NCBI GenBank assembly: GCA_938015925.1
Contig: CALLVY010000588.1
Span: forward strand, 9,046 to 73,045
Origin: an uncultured Saprospiraceae bacterium
GTDB lineage: Bacteria; Bacteroidota; Bacteroidia; Chitinophagales; Saprospiraceae
DNA length: 64,000 nucleotides
Reading direction: 5' to 3'
Part shown: one piece after another, positions 45,788-55,272 of the stretch
Layout: each line of letters starts with the position of its first letter
How positions within the stretch are numbered: the stretch's first letter is position 1
Notes under the pieces: model-generated
Databases searched by the model: none
Told to the model about the DNA's origin: nothing
What the model saw: the letters and a program-made list of their open reading frames with translations, nothing else
Translations under genes and position numbers: made by a program

Positions 45788-46909
45788 TTAAGTATTTTGT
45801 TTAATGATGCGACAGATAAGCTCAATATCCTCTAATTCCAACTTGTGATAAAGCGGCAAGCAAAGAACTGATTTGGACGTTTTATCCGCCACAGGAAGGT
45901 CATAATTTTTCTCTACATAAGGAAGTTTGGCCAAGGATGGATAGAAGTACCTCCTAGGTTTGATTCCCATTTCTCCGAGCTTTTCAATTACCTTAAAAAG
46001 TATATTTTCAGATTCGAAGACTACTGGGAAATAAGAAAAATTATAGTCTGTCTCATTCCTTATTTGCTGAAATTTCAGATTGCTATCCTGGAGTAATTCC
46101 AAGTAGGTCTGATATTGCTCTTTTCTTTTGGCTTTAATGTCATCGATGTATTTCAAATTGCAAAGTCCCATAGCCGCGTGGAATTCTGAGTTTTTTCCAT
46201 TCACTCCTAAATTTGCAAATCGTTCTGGTCCATCGTGTCCAAAATTTCTGAGATAAAGCATTTTGGCTTGAAGCTCTTTATTTGCGGTGACAACCGCTCC
46301 TCCTTCAACCGTGTGGAATAACTTTGTGGCGTGGAAACTAAGCGTACTTATATCGCCATATTCCAGAAGAGACATGCCTTTATAGTTGACGCCAAAACAA
46401 TGGGCAGCATCGTATATAACTTTTAAGCCATTTCGATTCGCGATATCCTGGATGGCTTCCACATCACAAGGATTTCCAAAAACATGTGTTGCTAAAATCG
46501 CCGTGGTATTTTTGGTGATGGCTTTTTCAATTAACTCTGGGTTTACATTAAATGTTCCGGGATCAATATCAACGAAAACGGGGGTGCAATTTTCCCAGAC
46601 CAGACTTGAGGTCGTCGCCACATAAGAAAAGGGGGTAGTAATTACTTCTCCTTTTAATTCCAGTGCTTTGATGGCTATCTGGATAGCTATTGTTCCATTG
46701 GTTAAAAAAAGAAGATTCTGGATATCCAGATGTTTTTCTAATTTTTTCTCTAAGTCTTTGACGTTGGGGCCATTATTTGTTAGCCAATTGCGATCCCAAA
46801 TTTTTGATAAATATTCGAGGTATTCTTCTTTAGGAGGAAGAAATGGTTTGGTGACGGGAATATTCTTTTTTAAAACTCCCGTATCTTTTTCAGTCGAAGG
46901 ATACAGCAT
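45788..46909 (-). CDS. DegT/DnrJ/EryC1-family nucleotide-sugar aminotransferase (PglE/PseC/WecE-like lysine context)
   Basis: 'IPVTKPFLP', 'GEVITTPFSYVATTSS', 'DAAHCFG' and 'STLSFHATKLFHTVEGGAV' (PLP lysine). Confidence 0.8.
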   Translation of the reverse strand: MLYPSTEKDTGVLKKNIPVTKPFLPPKEEYLEYLSKIWDRNWLTNNGPNVKDLEKKLEKHLDIQNLLFLTNGTIAIQIAIKALELKGEVITTPFSYVATTSSLVWENCTPVFVDIDPGTFNVNPELIEKAITKNTTAILATHVFGNPCDVEAIQDIANRNGLKVIYDAAHCFGVNYKGMSLLEYGDISTLSFHATKLFHTVEGGAVVTANKELQAKMLYLRNFGHDGPERFANLGVNGKNSEFHAAMGLCNLKYIDDIKAKRKEQYQTYLELLQDSNLKFQQIRNETDYNFSYFPVVFESENILFKVIEKLGEMGIKPRRYFYPSLAKLPYVEKNYDLPVADKTSKSVLCLPLYHKLELEDIELICRIIKQNT

Positions 46910-46923
46910 TAGTTAATTTTTTA

Positions 46924-48399
46924 TTAATTAGAAAATTCTTCCATTTTGGGCTTCTTATCAAGCAACACTTTAACAAAATTCAATATTCTTAGGAGTTGCT
47001 CATTATTGAAAAAATAAGAGAAGCCAAAGAATAGAATTGTCCATACAGACCAATATAGAAACAGTGCTACGGAATGGGTAAAATCACTAATAAAATGACT
47101 AAAGGAAAATAGTAAAAATCCGATAATCAGAGCTATGATCAAGTTCTTAAACAAAGGAAAGTAATGTGGGAAAAAATTCAATTCAACAACCTTGTTTATT
47201 GCTCGTTGTCTAATAAAAAAGATAACAATCGAGTTTATCGTTATTCCCAGGGCTACCCCTTTTAATCCATAAAAATGTCCTAGCGTCAAAAAGAAGAAAA
47301 CTTTGAGTCCTTGCGCCAATAAACCATAATTAAAGATCATTTTACTTTTTCCAAGTGCTAAAATGATGCTATTGGAAATTGGCGAAAGACTAATCATTAA
47401 GCCTTGGATACAGAATATCTGGAACAAAGGAATCATGGGTAACCATTTTGTCCCAAAAAGTAATTTAACGATAAGGTCTGCAGAAAAAAACAATCCTAGC
47501 AAACCAGGAAAAATAAAAAAGGAAACCATCGCCATCGCCTCTATGTAAGTACTCTTTAATTTTTCGGTGTCCTCACTTATCTTGGAAAAAGAAGGAAATA
47601 AGACATTGAAGAAAGTTCCTGAAAAACTCGAAACTGGTTTTGTCATTAAGCGGCTGGCATTTTCGTAAAACCCGAGCGAAGCGACGCCTAAAAACTTTCC
47701 AATATAAATTCGATCAAATTTTGCAGCCAATTTATTTAATAAATTAAAGCCTAATACATTAATACTAAATCCATAAAGAGTACTCAAAGAAGCTTTGCTA
47801 AAGACAAAGGAGGGTCGCCATTTATTAGAAAACCATAATCCGATAGCCATGATGCTATAATTGATGATTTGTATGGCTACCAGACTCCAAACACCAAAAT
47901 CTCTATAGGCCAGCATCAGTCCCGTTCCCTGGGCACAAATTAAAGCTGAAATATTAATGATAGATAAAGCTTTAAAATTTAGCGATCTCTTAATTAATGT
48001 TCTTTGAACAACATTCAAAGAAGCTAATAAAAAAGAAAAGGCAAGAACTCTGGCTAATGGTGTAAGCTTTGGTTCCCCATAGAACATCGCAATCAAGGGT
48101 GCTAATAACAGACCTAAACAAAACAAGGCAATCCCAATAGCGATATTAGCCCAAAAGACCGTAGATAAATCTGTTTGACTAACCTCTTTCCGCTGAATCA
48201 ATGCATCTCCAAAACCACCATCAATGATAGCTTCCGAAAGGCCATAAAAAACAAGAATCATCCCCATCCAACCATAATCCTGAGGACTTAGTATCCTCAA
48301 TAGAAAAACGCTGAAAATCAAGGTCAAAAGTTGTATTCCAAAACGATCTAAACCTTGCCAAAAGAACCCTACTAAAACCTTCTTCTTTAATGAACTCAT
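46924..48399 (-). CDS. wzx: Wzx-type oligosaccharide flippase (MOP/PST family), copy 2
   Basis: 491 aa. 'GFFWQGLDRFGIQLLTLIFSVFLLRILSPQDYG', multi-pass membrane protein. Confidence 0.75.
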   Translation of the reverse strand: MSSLKKKVLVGFFWQGLDRFGIQLLTLIFSVFLLRILSPQDYGWMGMILVFYGLSEAIIDGGFGDALIQRKEVSQTDLSTVFWANIAIGIALFCLGLLLAPLIAMFYGEPKLTPLARVLAFSFLLASLNVVQRTLIKRSLNFKALSIINISALICAQGTGLMLAYRDFGVWSLVAIQIINYSIMAIGLWFSNKWRPSFVFSKASLSTLYGFSINVLGFNLLNKLAAKFDRIYIGKFLGVASLGFYENASRLMTKPVSSFSGTFFNVLFPSFSKISEDTEKLKSTYIEAMAMVSFFIFPGLLGLFFSADLIVKLLFGTKWLPMIPLFQIFCIQGLMISLSPISNSIILALGKSKMIFNYGLLAQGLKVFFFLTLGHFYGLKGVALGITINSIVIFFIRQRAINKVVELNFFPHYFPLFKNLIIALIIGFLLFSFSHFISDFTHSVALFLYWSVWTILFFGFSYFFNNEQLLRILNFVKVLLDKKPKMEEFSN

Positions 48400-48481
48400 T
48401 AAAAGATAATCTTGTTTTTCCTCATTATTCCATTTCTCTCATGATCAAGGCCGTTTGCTTGAATGCTAATTCCCTTCTTTT

Positions 48482-49468
48482 TCAAAGTTTGACTTTAACT
48501 AAATCTTTAACCGTGAGTTTAAGTCCTTTCTTTAAATCTATTTGATTATCCCATCCCAATACTTCTTTCGCTTTACTGGTATCCGAAAAGTTTCTCATCA
48601 CATCTCCTACTCTTTTTGGACCATGAACCAATTTCACATCACTGGTACCAAAATCTTTCAAAACTTCCAATAACTCTTCTGTTACTTCCAATACAGTTGT
48701 CTCTCGATTGGTTGCTATTTGGAATATCTCCCCTCCTATTCCTTCTTTTGTTCCTGCTAACCAAATAGCATTTACTAAATCTCCGGTATAGATGAAATCT
48801 CTGGTTTGGGAGCCATCGCCATAAATTTCCAAGGTTTCTCCATTCATTGCCTGGCGAATAAACTTAGCAACTACACTACTCTTATGCGTAGATCCCGGGC
48901 CATAAACATTTCCAAACCTCAAGGCAATAGTATTCACTCCATAGGATCGAAAATAAGCGGAACAATAGGCCTCTCCGGCTAGCTTGCTTGCTCCATAAGG
49001 GGAAACCGGATGACAGGGCATCTCTTCGTGTATCGGTGGAATACATTCGCCGATAGGAGCGCCGCTAGAAGCAAAAACAAAACGGTCGACTTTATTTTTT
49101 CGACAACCTTCGAGGTAATTAAACGTTCCAACCACATTGGTCATACAATCCATTCTTGGGTTTTCTACAGAAGGACCTACTCCTGTATTGGCCGCTAAAT
49201 GGACAATCACATTTGCTCCGGATGTTACTTGCTTTGCCAGATCTGCATCCATAATATCCCCCTCTATCACTTGCACTTTATTGCTTGCCCAATCGGCATC
49301 CTCCATAGAAACCTGTTCAATGGCATCCGTAGCATAAAATAAATCTTCTTTCTTGCCAACGGAAAAATTATCAATGACTCTAATCGAAAGATTTTCTTCT
49401 TTCTGAAGAAGTTCTTTTATTAGGTTTTTTCCTAAAAATCCGCAGCCGCCTGTTATTAACCAATTCAT
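48482..49468 (-). CDS. SDR-family NAD-dependent nucleotide-sugar epimerase/dehydratase
   Basis: 'WLITGGCGFLGKNL' and 'SPYGASKLAGEAY' (Y-x3-K). The start shares nt 49468 with the sqdB stop. Confidence 0.7.
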   Translation of the reverse strand: MNWLITGGCGFLGKNLIKELLQKEENLSIRVIDNFSVGKKEDLFYATDAIEQVSMEDADWASNKVQVIEGDIMDADLAKQVTSGANVIVHLAANTGVGPSVENPRMDCMTNVVGTFNYLEGCRKNKVDRFVFASSGAPIGECIPPIHEEMPCHPVSPYGASKLAGEAYCSAYFRSYGVNTIALRFGNVYGPGSTHKSSVVAKFIRQAMNGETLEIYGDGSQTRDFIYTGDLVNAIWLAGTKEGIGGEIFQIATNRETTVLEVTEELLEVLKDFGTSDVKLVHGPKRVGDVMRNFSDTSKAKEVLGWDNQIDLKKGLKLTVKDLVKVKL

Positions 49469-50619
49469 TATTTACTCCATTTTACTCGTGGAAAAATTTT
49501 AGCTTCATCGATATTGTCTCGATATTTTAAAGCTAATTTCATCATATCTGCCAATACTTCGGGAGTCATAAAGTTCGGTTGCAATCCTAGCTCTAATAAT
49601 CCGGTGTTAGCAGGGTTGTAATAATGATCTTCTGGTTCTCTTCTTGGATTCGGAATAGATTTAATTTCTACGTCAATTCCAACTAGTTTACCCGCCTCCT
49701 GAACCTTATCGGCCAATTCGTTTACTGAGAAGGTCTCAGTCAATTGATTATAAATTTTTAGTTCGCGTTTCTCTGCTGGGTTATTTAAAGCAAGATCTAC
49801 ACATTGCAAAGTATCTTTCAAATTAAGGTAACCTCTAACCTGTCCACCTTTTCCATAAACCGTCAAAGGAACACCCGCTACAGCTTGCACTAAAAAGCGA
49901 TTGACAACGGTACCAAAAATATCATCGTAGTGGAAATTAGGCAATAGTCGTTCATCCAAATCAGATTCGGCAGTAGAAAGACCATAAACGGGACCTTGCA
50001 TAAGGTCAGTAACTTTAAGGTCGTAGGTTCTTACATAGAACCAAAGTAAATCCGTATCTAAAACTTTCGTGGTATGGTACAAACTTCCAGCTGCTCTAGG
50101 AAACAAAAATTTATCTTTACGACCTTTGTGTTCTATTTCTAACCAACCTTCTTCAATATCAATATTGGGACATCCATATTCTCCCATCGTCCCTAATTTC
50201 ACGATGTGGCACTCTGGTTTGTTTTTTAGAATTGCCCAAATTAAGTTATGAGTAACTTCCAGGTTATTTTTCAAGGTATAGTGGGCCTCTTCATATCCTT
50301 TAAGAGAATACGGTGCAGAAGGTTGTTCTGCATAATGAACCACTGCATCTGGCTGAAATTCTTTGATATGGTTTTCTAAAAAACGATAATCTTTCAAATC
50401 TCCAATTGCGACATTTATGGTCTTTCCCGTCAGTGATTTAAATAGCTTTGCTTTATCCTCCAGGTTAGGAGTAGGAATCAAAGCCTCAGAAGACGTTTGC
50501 ATCGCAATTGTTCTTCTAGAGTAGTTATCTATAGATAATACTTCATGACCTTTTGCGGCAAGGTCCATTGATGTAGGCCATCCAAGATAACCGTCACCGC
50601 CTAAAATGATTATACGCAT
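49468..50619 (-). CDS. sqdB: UDP-sulfoquinovose synthase (SQD1/SqdB family)
   Basis: Collinear with plant SQD1 as remembered: 'ILGGDGYLGWPT', 'KLGTMGEYGCPNIDIEEG', 'YHTTKV', 'PLTVYGKGGQVRGYL', 'FSVNELA' and 'PNPRREPEDHYYN'. Confidence 0.85.
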   Translation of the reverse strand: MRIIILGGDGYLGWPTSMDLAAKGHEVLSIDNYSRRTIAMQTSSEALIPTPNLEDKAKLFKSLTGKTINVAIGDLKDYRFLENHIKEFQPDAVVHYAEQPSAPYSLKGYEEAHYTLKNNLEVTHNLIWAILKNKPECHIVKLGTMGEYGCPNIDIEEGWLEIEHKGRKDKFLFPRAAGSLYHTTKVLDTDLLWFYVRTYDLKVTDLMQGPVYGLSTAESDLDERLLPNFHYDDIFGTVVNRFLVQAVAGVPLTVYGKGGQVRGYLNLKDTLQCVDLALNNPAEKRELKIYNQLTETFSVNELADKVQEAGKLVGIDVEIKSIPNPRREPEDHYYNPANTGLLELGLQPNFMTPEVLADMMKLALKYRDNIDEAKIFPRVKWSK

Positions 50620-50740
50620 GTTAAAGATAGATTTGTGGAAAATTGATTTTTCTCCGGCTTAGTAATTTGACGGAAATCGAAGATTCACCTAGTAAATAAA
50701 ATCATCAATTTTTTTCCGTTCCTTATTTAAAAGTATTAGA

Positions 50741-51787
50741 CTAATTAAGTACTTCCGTTTTGTTGTATAGTAATTCTTCTTCAATCAAATATTGTTTCAA
50801 TTCCTCTACATTCATAGAAGGCTCGAGATCAGATCTATAGATTCGATCCACTGGTTTTTGTTCCACTCCGTTGAAAGTATATTCAATGTCTTTGTATACA
50901 GATTTGAAAGCAGGTAATACCGCAAAGAAATCATCAATCTCAACGGTCCGTCTTATCTCTTCCTCATTGATGAGTTCCTCATAAACTTTCTCTCCTGCTT
51001 TTGCTCCAATGATCTTTAATTCAATCTCCTCGTAAATTTCTTCTTTCTCCTTGATGATTTCAATCATTGAAGTCGCCAGATCTTTGATTTGGATAATTGG
51101 CATTTTGGTTACAAAAACTTCTCCTCCGTGAGCGAGAAAAACAGATTGTAGTACGAGTTTGGCCGCTTCTTCGATGGTCATCACAAAACGGCTCATTCTT
51201 TCATCGGTTAAAGTAACCGGTCCTCCATTTTGTATTTGCTTCTTAAAGAGTGGAATTACAGATCCATTAGATCCTAAAACATTTCCAAATCGAGTGGAAG
51301 CAAAGATGGGGTATTGTCCTTTTCTAGAAGCATTCGCAGCGGTCATTAACCGTTCGCCCATCAGTTTGGACGTTCCCATTACATTCGTTGGGTTTACTGC
51401 TTTATCAGAAGAAGTAAAGATGACTCTTTCCACCTCCATTTCTAAGGCTACATCAATGAGTGTTTGCGTACCAAGGATATTGGTACGAACCGCCTCCGAA
51501 GGGGATTTTTCACAAAGGATAACATGCTTGCGCGCTGCTGCATGCAATACGATGTCAATTCCTTTAAATAATCTCCTCAATTCAGATTTATTGGTAATAT
51601 CACATAGGTAAAAATTGATATCATCGTTATTTCTGTATGGCTGTGTAGCAAAGAATAATTCGCTTTCATTGCTATCGACACCCACAATTGATTTAACATT
51701 TAAATCTACTAGTTGTCTAAGTAGTTCTGTCCCTACTGTTCCACAAACACCAGTGATTAAAACTTTCTTGTCTTGCCAAGGATTCAT
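50741..51787 (-). CDS. WbpM/PglF/CapD-type nucleotide-sugar 4,6-dehydratase (short soluble form), second copy
   Basis: 'KKVLITGVCGTVGTEL' and 'FTSSDKAVNPTNVMGTSKLMGE' (S-M-K triad variant). Confidence 0.7.
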   Translation of the reverse strand: MNPWQDKKVLITGVCGTVGTELLRQLVDLNVKSIVGVDSNESELFFATQPYRNNDDINFYLCDITNKSELRRLFKGIDIVLHAAARKHVILCEKSPSEAVRTNILGTQTLIDVALEMEVERVIFTSSDKAVNPTNVMGTSKLMGERLMTAANASRKGQYPIFASTRFGNVLGSNGSVIPLFKKQIQNGGPVTLTDERMSRFVMTIEEAAKLVLQSVFLAHGGEVFVTKMPIIQIKDLATSMIEIIKEKEEIYEEIELKIIGAKAGEKVYEELINEEEIRRTVEIDDFFAVLPAFKSVYKDIEYTFNGVEQKPVDRIYRSDLEPSMNVEELKQYLIEEELLYNKTEVLN

Positions 51788-51814
51788 AATTTTGATTTTA
51801 ATAAATAATAAGAA

Positions 51815-52891
51815 TCAAACCATTGCATCTCGATAGATTTTTCTACCGATGATGATTATTATTGCGAGGAAACTTCCTAAAAAGGCTCCTAATATTATTG
51901 CTTTAATTTTAGATTCCCTGTTGGGTCTAAGAGGAGAAAAAGGTTCATCAATGACTTGGAAAAAGGGCATTGCAATTTTTAAATTAAAGGCTGCCATTTC
52001 CGTGTTTTTTACGATTTCCGCATAAGCGACACTAAGCATTTGTACATCTCTTTGCAATCGATCAATTTTCAATTGAGCAGATCTGGAAACCAATCCAATA
52101 TTGCTGTCAATAGCTTTTGCGAGTAAAGATTCCTTCCTCGCAAGTTCTTGACTTATAGAGTCTCTTTTTTCCTTTAATTTGTCAAAAGTAGCTTTGGGTT
52201 TATCTGTACTTTCTTTGATGTAAAACTGACTGACTTTTTCGTACAATTCTTTTAAAAAGAGAATAGATAATTCTTCCGATTGGCTTTCAACCTCCATCGT
52301 TAATATAGAAGTTTCCTTTTCGTAATACACAAGCATTAGTGGCTCTATATTTGGATTTCCTTTTACTTGGTTATAGACAATTTTCAATGCCCTTCTTTCT
52401 GTCTTACCAAATTTTTCTATTTCACTATTGGTAAAATAAAAGTCTTTTAACCCCGTCGTATCTTTTTTCCACTTTTCGTGAATTTGTTCTGCCTTTATAA
52501 TATGATTGGCAAAATAATCCAATTTATTTTTCACTACTGCTTTTTCAAATAGAGCCTCTTTGGTAATCCGCAAAGACTTCGATAGCTCTGCGATTTTATC
52601 AAGATTGAATTCTCCACCACCGCCGCCGCCAAGTCCAAACTGTCCTAAAATAGAACCCATGCCGCCGTTGCTACCGCCGCTTTCTTCATTGACCATAAAC
52701 GTCATGTCCGCTACATAAGTTACCGGAGTAGTAATAGCAGTGTATAAAAAATAAGAGCCTCCTAAAACGAGGAATACCGCTACAATTTTCCAGTTCCTAA
52801 GTACCTCTCGATAAAATTCCTGTACCTTAAGAATTAACTCCTTAAGTGTGATTTCGTCCTCTTTTACTGTTATTTGATTTCCTTCCTTCAT
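51815..52891 (-). CDS. wzz: Wzz/PCP-type chain-length determinant protein without a tyrosine-kinase domain
   Basis: N-terminal '[14 protein letters not shown]...[17 protein letters not shown]' (Wzz motif plus TM1), a coiled-coil middle, and a C-terminal TM '[19 protein letters not shown]'. No Walker motifs. Confidence 0.7.
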   Translation of the reverse strand: MKEGNQITVKEDEITLKELILKVQEFYREVLRNWKIVAVFLVLGGSYFLYTAITTPVTYVADMTFMVNEESGGSNGGMGSILGQFGLGGGGGGEFNLDKIAELSKSLRITKEALFEKAVVKNKLDYFANHIIKAEQIHEKWKKDTTGLKDFYFTNSEIEKFGKTERRALKIVYNQVKGNPNIEPLMLVYYEKETSILTMEVESQSEELSILFLKELYEKVSQFYIKESTDKPKATFDKLKEKRDSISQELARKESLLAKAIDSNIGLVSRSAQLKIDRLQRDVQMLSVAYAEIVKNTEMAAFNLKIAMPFFQVIDEPFSPLRPNRESKIKAIILGAFLGSFLAIIIIIGRKIYRDAMV

Positions 52892-53748
52892 TCAACAATA
52901 CCTCTTAGATATTCTCCATATCCACTCTTAACCAAAGGTTTCGCAATTTCCAACAACTGCAATTTATCTATATACCCCATCCGATAAGCAATCTCCTCTA
53001 TACAACCGATTTTATAATCCTGTCGTTTCTCAATCACTCTGACAAATTCCGTCGCATCATGCAAAGAATCAAAGGTTCCAGTATCCAACCAAGCCGTTCC
53101 ACGATCCATAACCCCTACACTCAATTCCCCTTTCTCCAGGTACACTCGATTCACATCGGTGATCTCATATTCTCCCCGAGCAGAAGGAGCTATATTTTTT
53201 GCAATCTCTACGACCTGATTATCATAGTAGTACAATCCAGGCACTGCAAATTTTGATTTGGGTTCTGCTGGTTTTTCTTCGATGGAAATAACCTTGTTGT
53301 CCTCATCAAATTCCACTACGCCATATCGTTCCGGATCCGAAACGGGATAAGCAAAAACTTTTGCACCTTTTACGTCTACACTCGATTGCAATAATTTACT
53401 TAAACCTGAGCCATAAAAAATGTTGTCTCCCAAAACGAGTGCTACTTTATCATTTCCGATAAACTCCTCTCCTATTACAAAAGCCTGCGCTAATCCGTTG
53501 GGTACATGTTGAACTGCATAGTTAAAGCTACAGCCCAATTCTTTTCCATCTCCTAAGAGCCTTTGGAATTGAGGGCTATCTTCAGGTGTGGTGATGATTA
53601 AAATTTCTTTAATTCCCGAAAGCATCAAAATCGACAAGGGATAATAAATCATTGGCTTGTCGTAGATTGGCATTAGCTGTTTAGAAATAGCTTTGGTTAT
53701 AGGGTAAAGGCGAGTGCCGGATCCGCCGGCGAGGATAATTCCTTTCAT
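52888..53748 (-). CDS. rfbA: Glucose-1-phosphate thymidylyltransferase
   Basis: '[39 protein letters not shown]' and 'LGDNIFYG'. The stop overlaps the wzz start (ATGA). Confidence 0.95.
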   Translation of the reverse strand: MKGIILAGGSGTRLYPITKAISKQLMPIYDKPMIYYPLSILMLSGIKEILIITTPEDSPQFQRLLGDGKELGCSFNYAVQHVPNGLAQAFVIGEEFIGNDKVALVLGDNIFYGSGLSKLLQSSVDVKGAKVFAYPVSDPERYGVVEFDEDNKVISIEEKPAEPKSKFAVPGLYYYDNQVVEIAKNIAPSARGEYEITDVNRVYLEKGELSVGVMDRGTAWLDTGTFDSLHDATEFVRVIEKRQDYKIGCIEEIAYRMGYIDKLQLLEIAKPLVKSGYGEYLRGIVE

Positions 53749-53850
53749 TGTTAGTCTTAAGTTATGAGTAAATCAGTTTTTCAATCAGATAAAACAATTC
53801 TTTTCTTGTGCATCTGTACTGTCTCTCGTAGTATTTATTCTTGTGTGATT

Positions 53851-53896
53851 AAAAAGCCTCCCGGAGCGGGTTGGGTAAAAACTAGCTCCGGGCTGC
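53851..53896 (-). terminator. Candidate intrinsic terminator downstream of cysN, inside the minus-strand gene string
   Basis: Minus-strand RNA: 'gcagcccggagc-uaguuuuuacccaaccc-gcuccgggaggc' followed by 'uuuuu'. The 8-bp GC-rich stem is 53860-53867 with 53885-53892, plus 2 outer pairs. Confidence 0.5.
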
Positions 53897-53920
53897 TTGA
53901 TCACCTATTAGTATTTTTAT

Positions 53921-53945
53921 GCGGTATGCGGTTGACGAAATATCG
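53921..53945. repeat. Solo copy of the 'cggtatgcgg...ttgacgaaata' motif, downstream of cysN
   Basis: 'gcggtatgcggttgacgaaatatcg' closely matches 55273-55315 once a 14-nt internal duplication there is removed. Confidence 0.6.
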
Positions 53946-53993
53946 TGTGCTAAAATTGGTTTACACGAATTTTCAGCAAAGCTACACCGTTTC

Positions 53994-55259
53994 CTAAATC
54001 ACCATTCCTGCAGCCACCGTTTCATTCGTTCCTTCATCTACCATAATCACACTACCTGTAATTCTATTTTTTCGATAAGAGTCAACGAATAATGGTTTGG
54101 TAGATCGGATGACGATACGCGCAATTTCATTCATCTCAATATTTTTATCCTCCAGGTCTCTATGGAGGGTATTGATATCTAAGCGGTAACGCACCTCTTT
54201 CACTACACATCTTGCTTCTTGGGTCGTATGCATGATTTTATATTTCCCATTCAGCTTAAGCGGCTTTTCATTGAACCAGCACACCATTAGTTCTAAGTCC
54301 TGTGTGGCATCCGGTTGATTGTTTTGCCGAACGATCATATCTCCTCGACTAATATCTATTTCATCCTCTAATAAAATAGTAGCAGACATTGGAGGAAAGG
54401 CCGCATCAACTTCTCCGTCGTAAGTATCTATCTTTTTAATTTTTGAGGTAAATCCAGAAGGCAATACGACTACCTTGTCTCCTTTTTTCATAACCCCTCC
54501 TGCTACTCGTCCGGCATAGCCTCGATAATCGTGATGCTCATCCGTATTTGGTCTAATCACATATTGAACAGGGAAACGTGGATCAATAAAGTTATGGTCA
54601 CTGCTGATGTGTACATTCTCTAGATAGTACATCAAGGTGGTGCCACCATACCAATCCATGTTCATAGATTTATCAACCACATTATCTCCATTCAAAGCAG
54701 AGATCGGAATGAAGGTCATATCATTGATATCTAACTTAGAAGAGAATTCTGTAAAATCATTTTTGATTTTTTCATAAACCTCTTGAGAGTGATCCACCAA
54801 ATCCATTTTGTTGATACATATAACCAAGTGAGGAATTTGCAATAAGGAAGCAATAATAGCATGCCTTTTGGTTTGCTCTCCTACTCCTTTTCTTGCATCA
54901 ATCAAAACCAAAGCAACATTTGCCGTGGATGCTCCGGTTACCATATTCCTGGTATATTGAATATGGCCTGGTGTATCTGCAATTATAAATTTTCTCTTTG
55001 GGGTCGAGTAATACCGGTAGGCTACATCAATAGTAATTCCTTGTTCTCTTTCTGCTTTTAAACCATCGGTAAGTAAGGCTAGATTTACTTCCGTCTCTCC
55101 CCGACGTAAGCTACTTGCTTCCATCGCTTCATATTGATCTTGAAAGATAGATTTACTATCGTATAAAAGTCTACCAATAAGCGTACTTTTTCCATCATCT
55201 ACACTACCTGCGGTAGTAAAGCGAAGGAGTTCCATTTTTTGATATTCTTGATTATCCAT
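53994..55259 (-). CDS. cysN: Sulfate adenylyltransferase subunit 1 (GTPase subunit; no fused APS-kinase domain)
   Basis: 'GSVDDGKSTLIGRLL' (G1), 'IIADTPGHIQYTRNM' (G3) and 'INKMD' (G4). 421 aa. Confidence 0.9.
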   Translation of the reverse strand: MDNQEYQKMELLRFTTAGSVDDGKSTLIGRLLYDSKSIFQDQYEAMEASSLRRGETEVNLALLTDGLKAEREQGITIDVAYRYYSTPKRKFIIADTPGHIQYTRNMVTGASTANVALVLIDARKGVGEQTKRHAIIASLLQIPHLVICINKMDLVDHSQEVYEKIKNDFTEFSSKLDINDMTFIPISALNGDNVVDKSMNMDWYGGTTLMYYLENVHISSDHNFIDPRFPVQYVIRPNTDEHHDYRGYAGRVAGGVMKKGDKVVVLPSGFTSKIKKIDTYDGEVDAAFPPMSATILLEDEIDISRGDMIVRQNNQPDATQDLELMVCWFNEKPLKLNGKYKIMHTTQEARCVVKEVRYRLDINTLHRDLEDKNIEMNEIARIVIRSTKPLFVDSYRKNRITGSVIMVDEGTNETVAAGMVI

Positions 55260-55272
55260 TTTTTTTATTTTA

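Noticed and set aside
45778-45825. TTG at 45825 as the start of the ATP-grasp gene
   Set aside because: It would overlap the DegT gene by 38 nt. The ATG at 45777 gives the typical 'MKKKLLMLGG' ATP-grasp N-terminus 10 nt after the DegT stop.
49468-50619. Ordinary UDP-glucose 4-epimerase or dTDP-glucose dehydratase (RmlB) assignment for this SDR
   Set aside because: The long insertions and the 'KLGTMGEYG.PNIDIEEG' / 'PLTVYGKGGQ.RGYL' blocks are specific to SQD1/SqdB as I remember them. RmlB motifs such as 'TDEVYG' are absent.
51159-51611. 150-aa plus-strand ORF inside the second WbpM-like dehydratase gene
   Set aside because: It is antisense to a CDS with clear SDR motifs. The same judgement applies to 9104-9475, 17902-18303, 36575-36997 and 55703-56056 within their host genes.
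53764-53997. 77-aa plus-strand ORF in the rfbA-cysN intergenic region
   Set aside because: It has no motif, runs against the operon direction, and spans the terminator-like hairpin and the repeat copy. Most likely non-coding.
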